Positions 58,844 to 64,000 of a stretch of DNA of 64,000 bases are shown here, in pieces. Numbering within the stretch: the first letter of the stretch is position 1; each line of letters begins with the position of its first letter. The notes under the pieces were generated by a model that searched no databases, was not told the origin of the DNA, and saw only the letters and a program-made list of their open reading frames with translations. The position numbers and the translations under genes were made by a program. This stretch comes from an uncultured Spirochaetota bacterium (lineage in GTDB: Bacteria; Spirochaetota; Brevinematia; Brevinematales; JAOACQ01): NCBI GenBank assembly GCA_963768055.1, contig CAVYGN010000002.1:704001-768000 (forward strand), read 5' to 3'.

Positions 58844-59701
58844 TTATTGCATCCCTTTCTTTTGGATTGTTGATATTTCATCTACCATAGTATATCCGGT
58901 TGGCCCTGTTGCTTTAATCAGAAGCATTCGCGGAGAATCCTCTATCCACATCATACCCTGTTTTAAATATGGTTCCATAAGTTTTGACAGAAATGGATCT
59001 GCCATTAATAGTACATATTTTATAGTATTAAATTCTCCGGCAGGTGTTTCAATGGTTTCCCTTCCTGCTGACTTAAAAGTTACCGGAATTGGATTTTTAA
59101 AAACTTGAGGTACGCATAAATATGCTATTCCAGGAACTGTAATATCAAGAAAGCGGACAATATAATATGTTGAATTCGCATCAAAGGTAGGATAACCTTT
59201 TCGAGTGGACATACTGCCCCGCATTATTTTCGTGGTGTATCCATCAAAATATTCATCAACCGAATGAATTACACCAGCTTCTTCATCCAGACTTATTGAT
59301 GCCCGGATTAGACCCTTAGCAAGACTACTATTATTGTTAGTCTCTGGATTAATATAAGAAGAATATAAAACACTTCCTGATTGAAGGTCAATTGTAATAT
59401 GCATATTATAATTTGTATAATGTTCCGGGATTTTTTGTTTCATATCAAGCTGAGATTGCCAATAGACTTCCAATCTATCTGTATTAGTATTGATGCGTGA
59501 AACAATATAGTCCACACTGCTTTTTTCCCCCGAGGTATAATGGGTCATTCTAATAAATTCTCCATCCTGAACTTTAATTTTTGAATGATGGTAAGGAATA
59601 TTGTTTTGAATACTGCTTCCCATTGCTGATACCATATTTATTGCCGTCATTACAAAAAGAAATGATAAGACATAAAAATTTAAATTTTGTCGATTAGACA
59701 T
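58844..59701 (-). CDS. Exported DUF3108-like protein
   Basis: Signal peptide, ETIETPAGEF motif; full-length paralogue of the split gene at 45238-46079; GGAGG SD. Confidence 0.7.
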   Translation of the reverse strand: MSNRQNLNFYVLSFLFVMTAINMVSAMGSSIQNNIPYHHSKIKVQDGEFIRMTHYTSGEKSSVDYIVSRINTNTDRLEVYWQSQLDMKQKIPEHYTNYNMHITIDLQSGSVLYSSYINPETNNNSSLAKGLIRASISLDEEAGVIHSVDEYFDGYTTKIMRGSMSTRKGYPTFDANSTYYIVRFLDITVPGIAYLCVPQVFKNPIPVTFKSAGRETIETPAGEFNTIKYVLLMADPFLSKLMEPYLKQGMMWIEDSPRMLLIKATGPTGYTMVDEISTIQKKGMQ

Positions 59702-59831
59702 ATCATCCTCCTAGGCGGATGATCTTCGGACACTCGAATGCTCTTCCAATAATTATATGATGATTTCACTGATATTCCAAATTATTATCTGTGTCCATCT
59801 GTTAATATCATTATCCGGGAAGAATATCTTA

Positions 59832-60872
59832 TTAGCGCAGCTCGACAGAATCTATTTCACCGCTCGCATAAACGAAGCCTTTCCTATAAAACACAGCGAA
59901 CTGGCCGGGAGTGATATCCCTGTCCTTCTCAAGAATTATAGCGGCATGATCCTCACTCAGACTGGCCCGGCACTTGACAGGCTCGCTTTGATAACGAACG
60001 CGCACATCGTAACTGCCGGAGGTGAATTTATTGGAAAAAATATTAAGCCTGTGAACTGTAAATTTTCCTGACATGGGTTTTTCACCCAGTAAAATTGAGT
60101 TTTCGGCGCGGTTGAATTGCCTTATATAAACCCTTTCCCCGGCTGCGACGGCAAGGCCGCGCCTTTGCCCAAAACTATAAAATGGAATTCCCCTGTGACG
60201 TGATATTTTATTTCCTTTGTAAATGAAATATCCCTCTTTTTCTTTCACTCCTCTTGTTTTTAAGAATTCCCTGTAATTATCTTTAATAAAACATATGTCC
60301 TGGCTTTCTGTTTTTTGAGGTGAAATTGGAAGTCCGGCTTTCTGAATTATTCCCCGGATTTCTTTTTTTAAATAATGGCCTACGGGCAGCTTTATGAAGG
60401 GCAGCTTGTTCTTTTCAACATAAGAAAGGAAATAAGACTGGTCTTTAGAACAATCGAGTGCTTCCTGAATAAAATACTCGCCCGCATTTTCAGTTATCCG
60501 GGAGTAATGGCCTGTGGCAAAAAAATCCGCCCCCTTCGCAAGGCTGTATTCAAGCATTGCACCGAATTTGATGTACCTGTTGCAAAGCACGCAGGGATTG
60601 GGGGTCAAACCTGCCTGATAACTTTTTATGAAATTATTAATAATCCTGGCGGTAAAAACATCCCTAACATCGATTATAAGATGAGGGATACCCAGGAATG
60701 AACATACCCTTTGAGCGTCATTGATATCTTCAATACTGCAGCATTTTCGAGACCCTTCTTCCTGATAAGCTGTAAATGTGATGCCTGTCATGTTATAACC
60801 CTGCTCCTTCAATAGATAAGCGGCAGCGGAACTGTCGAGACCGCCGCTCATTCCTACATAAACATGCGGCAT
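59832..60872 (-). CDS. mnmA: tRNA-specific 2-thiouridylase MnmA
   Basis: GMSGGLDSS, TPNPCVLCN, ATGHY, KDQSYFL, ESQDICF, GQRRGL, TPGQ. Confidence 0.97.
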   Translation of the reverse strand: MPHVYVGMSGGLDSSAAAYLLKEQGYNMTGITFTAYQEEGSRKCCSIEDINDAQRVCSFLGIPHLIIDVRDVFTARIINNFIKSYQAGLTPNPCVLCNRYIKFGAMLEYSLAKGADFFATGHYSRITENAGEYFIQEALDCSKDQSYFLSYVEKNKLPFIKLPVGHYLKKEIRGIIQKAGLPISPQKTESQDICFIKDNYREFLKTRGVKEKEGYFIYKGNKISRHRGIPFYSFGQRRGLAVAAGERVYIRQFNRAENSILLGEKPMSGKFTVHRLNIFSNKFTSGSYDVRVRYQSEPVKCRASLSEDHAAIILEKDRDITPGQFAVFYRKGFVYASGEIDSVELR

Positions 60873-61451
60873 CTAAAGTTTTCTGAGCCTGTCCTTTTGA
60901 TTCTTTAAAAAATCTATTTTATCAAGATTCTTGTTTTTTGGGAAAAGGGTCAGGATATCGAAGAATTTCGTTTGTTTGGGTTTCATATTATCCTTGTTAA
61001 GTTCAATGAAATCTATTGTCTCTTTGTCGGTTATCTTGTCGATAAGTCGAACCCCGTCGCCTGAAAGGCTTAAAAGGTAGTAAGATGCTCCGACTTTTAC
61101 GATCAGGAGGTAGCTCCCCATTCCGATAAATTTCGTCATTACCGTTTCAACAAGCCTTTCATCTGCCGTAGCGGGTAATCCCCCTTTTTTTGCCAGATAA
61201 CGTATAAGGAAATATGCCGCCGCTGCAAAAACGCCTATGTAAAGAATAACCTTTATAAAAGTCCATATTGGGTTCGGCTGATTGGCTGTATTAGCCGTTT
61301 CAGCATTATTTGTAGTCCCATAGAATTGGCCTAAATATGAATTGCTGTTTGTCGATGACAAATTAATTCTATTGGTGTCATTAGTCAAAGCGAAACTGGA
61401 CAAAGCTGTAAAAATCAAAAACAAAACAGAGATTGGTAATTTTATTTTCAT
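60873..61451 (-). CDS. fliO: FliO/FliZ-like flagellar biogenesis membrane protein
   Basis: Signal region, one TM, then LLIVKVGASYYLLSLSGDGVRLIDKITDKE; spirochaete-like C-terminus FLKNQKDRLRKL. Confidence 0.7.
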   Translation of the reverse strand: MKIKLPISVLFLIFTALSSFALTNDTNRINLSSTNSNSYLGQFYGTTNNAETANTANQPNPIWTFIKVILYIGVFAAAAYFLIRYLAKKGGLPATADERLVETVMTKFIGMGSYLLIVKVGASYYLLSLSGDGVRLIDKITDKETIDFIELNKDNMKPKQTKFFDILTLFPKNKNLDKIDFLKNQKDRLRKL

Positions 61452-61464
61452 TTGCGCATCTCCG

Positions 61465-62370
61465 TTAAAATCCTATATTGATAATTGGCATGAATCCTAC
61501 CCAGCCCTCTTTTACCGTATTGATCAATCCGATCTGGACCCCGCTGAGCGTCCTTGCGCTGTTGATCAATCCGATCTGGGCCCCTTTTACACTATCGGCG
61601 TGATTTATAAGGCCTACCTGAATGCCGTAAATGTTTTTATCGACTGTATTTATCAAGCCGACCTGGCAGCCCCCCATGTATGAAACCTCGTTCAATACCG
61701 GGCCCACCTGAATACCGTATATTGCAAAATCATAGCCTGAAATAACATTAATGCCCACACCTCCAATTGAAAAACTTTCCGGGACAAGGGCTATTCCCCT
61801 CACAAAAGAGAACTGTATCGGAAAGAAACCAGGTTTTCGAGGGGGTTTTACTTCCGAACCCGTTTCAGTGTTTGTTACTGAAGTATTCACTTCATCCTGG
61901 TTTTCTCCTTTAGATTTTTTTATGATTTCGTCAATTGCCGATGGGATGTTTTCACTTATATAACCGATGCTGTCTCCCTTGATCTCCTGATATATTTCGA
62001 TCGTTCCGGTGGAAATGTCGATTATTTTAATAAGAAGCTGGTATTCCTTATCGATCTTGAAAAGCGACCCCATGATTAACTTGTTCGCACCCGCTATGCT
62101 GCCGATCCGTGTAGCGTCGTTTTCGGCGATGCCTGCAGATTGAAGTTTCTGTTCATCGAGGATTTTATTCAATTGGGCCCTTTCGACAACTATATAAGTC
62201 TTCCGGTTGACAAGGGTATTCTGGATAATTTCAGAAAAACTGGTTGTATCGATGTCTTCCCCCTTGACGCGTGAATCGATGCCCAGGACTGCTATCTTTG
62301 TCGAAGGGTCCCAGCTGAAAGCAATGGAGCAAATAAAAATTAAGAATAAAGCTGCTGCTGTTCTAGACAT
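61465..62370 (-). CDS. CsgG/HfaB-like domain fused to LA_2272-like GxQIGLIN repeats
   Basis: VVERAQLNKILDEQKLQ..G...IG...GA (CsgG-like); five GxQ(V/I)G repeats; C-terminal FMPIINIGF. Confidence 0.8.
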   Translation of the reverse strand: MSRTAAALFLIFICSIAFSWDPSTKIAVLGIDSRVKGEDIDTTSFSEIIQNTLVNRKTYIVVERAQLNKILDEQKLQSAGIAENDATRIGSIAGANKLIMGSLFKIDKEYQLLIKIIDISTGTIEIYQEIKGDSIGYISENIPSAIDEIIKKSKGENQDEVNTSVTNTETGSEVKPPRKPGFFPIQFSFVRGIALVPESFSIGGVGINVISGYDFAIYGIQVGPVLNEVSYMGGCQVGLINTVDKNIYGIQVGLINHADSVKGAQIGLINSARTLSGVQIGLINTVKEGWVGFMPIINIGF

Positions 62371-62418
62371 ATTAACCTCGCAAATTAACTTTTATAATAT
62401 CATTATTTTATGGATAAA

Positions 62419-63525
62419 TCAAGTATGGCTTGAGGATTTCCAGGCCTTATAATATTGCTTTATTATGTTTAAAAGAATGTCTATGTTCATGTTTTTTTCA
62501 GCGGAAATATAGAGGCGGTCCGGGTAATTTAAACGGAATTCAAGTAATTTTTCCGGCGTCAGCAGATCTATTTTATTATAACAGTCCACAACCGGTATCG
62601 AAAATGCCCCTATTTCCGAGAGGGTATTTTTAACGACTTCCTGTTTTTCATTAAAGTCATGTGACGATATATCGATCAAATGGATTAACAGGTCTGCTAT
62701 TACCGTATCCTCGAGAGTCGACTTGAAACTTTCAATAAGACCATGAGGAATGTCCCGGATAAATCCAACTGTGTCGGTTATTACAGCTTTAGCTGTTTTT
62801 CCGTCGACAATACCAAGCCAGAGTTTTCTTGTAGTGGTGTCAAGGGTAGCGAAAAGTTTGTTTTCTACTAAAACGTCGGCTCTTGTAAGCCTTCGAAGAA
62901 GGGTTGATTTTCCCGAATTGGTATACCCTATAATGGCTATCTTAAACTCTCCCTCTACCCTGCTTTTTCTCTGTTCTTTTCTTCCCTTATCGAAAAGCTC
63001 AAGTTTTTTTTTGATAATAAAGATTTTCCTTTGGATAAGCCTTCTGTCTAGTTCCAGCTGTTGTTCGCCTGGGCCGCGCGTGCCGATTCCTCCCCCCAGC
63101 CTTGACATGGACAGCCCCTTGCCTGTTATACGTGGAAGTTCATATAAAAGCTGGGCCAGTTCGACCTGGAGCCTTGAGAGGTTTGAAGAGGCATGAAGCG
63201 CGAAAATATCAAGGATAAGTTCAGTCCTGGTAATGATTTTTAAATCCAGAGCCTTTTCAAGGTTGCGGATTTGGGTGGGTGAAAGCTCATGATCGAATAT
63301 AAGAAGTGTGACACCTTTTACAGTATATTTTAATTTTATTTCCTCTACTTTTCCCTTTCCGATAAAATATTTGGGATCGATCCCCTTTCTTTTCTGGATG
63401 ATTGTATCTAATACGAAGGCTCCGGCGGTCTCTGAAAGTTCTCTTAATTCCTCCAGCGATTCGTTTATCCTGAAAAAGGAATCAAAAGGCAGCAGAACAC
63501 CTATCAGTACAGCGTTTTCTATCAT
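62419..63525 (-). CDS. hflX: GTPase HflX
   Basis: IGKGK, LSPTQIRNLE, QVELAQL, GTRGPGE, GYTNSGKST, LFATLD, DTVGFI, NKID. Confidence 0.98.
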   Translation of the reverse strand: MIENAVLIGVLLPFDSFFRINESLEELRELSETAGAFVLDTIIQKRKGIDPKYFIGKGKVEEIKLKYTVKGVTLLIFDHELSPTQIRNLEKALDLKIITRTELILDIFALHASSNLSRLQVELAQLLYELPRITGKGLSMSRLGGGIGTRGPGEQQLELDRRLIQRKIFIIKKKLELFDKGRKEQRKSRVEGEFKIAIIGYTNSGKSTLLRRLTRADVLVENKLFATLDTTTRKLWLGIVDGKTAKAVITDTVGFIRDIPHGLIESFKSTLEDTVIADLLIHLIDISSHDFNEKQEVVKNTLSEIGAFSIPVVDCYNKIDLLTPEKLLEFRLNYPDRLYISAEKNMNIDILLNIIKQYYKAWKSSSHT

Positions 63526-64000
63526 TATTCCTTCAATAAAAGTATTAGCTCTTTAATCGATTTGATGGTTTCATAACTTTTCAAAAGCCCGCTCAAATAC
63601 CTGGAATTTTTAAGACCCCCTATTGTCCGTATATTTCGAAGATATTTCGGGGGCTTCGTGTCTATATCGTTATATAATTTTGTCAATATGTCAGTTATAA
63701 GCGAAAAATTGGGATAAAATTCATCGAAGAGCTCTTTTGCTTTCGTGTTTGCGTAAGCGGTATTTCTTTCCAGGGTTTTCCTCGTTTCAATCTGATTTCC
63801 TTCTTTTTTCAATAAAAGGCTCGATATTTTTTTACCGGTAACTCCCTCATCTTTCATGTCAAAAATAAAGTCCCGAAGTTTTTCCTCGAATTTGTCAAGG
63901 GAATAAAAGGTATCCGATACGGTCTTCTGAAAGAACTTTTCTATAAACAAACCGTTTGTAACCGTGAGGTTGAGGATGCTTTTCATTGTCTCATCATAGA
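63525..64000 (-). CDS. C-terminal part of a hypothetical protein (possibly DUF5312-like); 5' end outside the window
   Basis: Frame stays open beyond ATG 63986 to the window edge; stop overlaps the hflX start. Confidence 0.65.
   Translation of the reverse strand, partial: YDETMKSILNLTVTNGLFIEKFFQKTVSDTFYSLDKFEEKLRDFIFDMKDEGVTGKKISSLLLKKEGNQIETRKTLERNTAYANTKAKELFDEFYPNFSLITDILTKLYNDIDTKPPKYLRNIRTIGGLKNSRYLSGLLKSYETIKSIKELILLLKE

Noticed and set aside
1..64000. CRISPR array, transposase or phage genes
   Set aside because: No regularly spaced repeat-spacer units and no cas, transposase or phage motifs. The remaining short antisense ORFs overlap confidently assigned genes

Overview
AT-rich bacterial chromosome segment, most likely from a spirochaete. 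The evidence is a spiro-SPASM protein, a Borrelia-type RpoS-like sigma factor, a hinge-less SMC and an LA_2272-like repeat protein; finer taxonomy cannot be fixed from sequence alone. The window is mostly housekeeping genes: smpB, smc, parAB with two perfect parS sites, dapL, obgE, proB, argJ, argB, recA, hemW, glf, galT, ilvBN, holA, yajC-secDF, yidC, mnmE, mtgA, dut, panC, pyrG, mnmA, hflX, and four tRNAs (Val-TAC, Thr-CGT, Lys-TTT, Pro-GGG). I saw no CRISPR array, prophage, integrase or transposase. The most notable observations are: (1) a Borrelia-like RpoS preceded by a correctly spaced sigma54 -24/-12 motif, suggesting an RpoN-RpoS cascade in a biosynthetically rich spirochaete; (2) a candidate oriC with no adjacent dnaA, containing 11-bp-phased degenerate DnaA boxes near smc/parABS; (3) an H-NOX homologue lacking all heme-binding residues; (4) an orphan HypF-like protein with its metal ligands kept but its other modules lost; (5) a CTP synthase with a ~65-aa insertion; (6) a methyltransferase bracketed by duplicated parS+repeat units; (7) a lipoprotein gene split at a T7 run; (8) a YhbD/bactofilin operon with a palindrome inside its promoter spacer; (9) several families of small palindromic intergenic repeats. 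All family assignments come from motif recognition by eye; no database searches were run.
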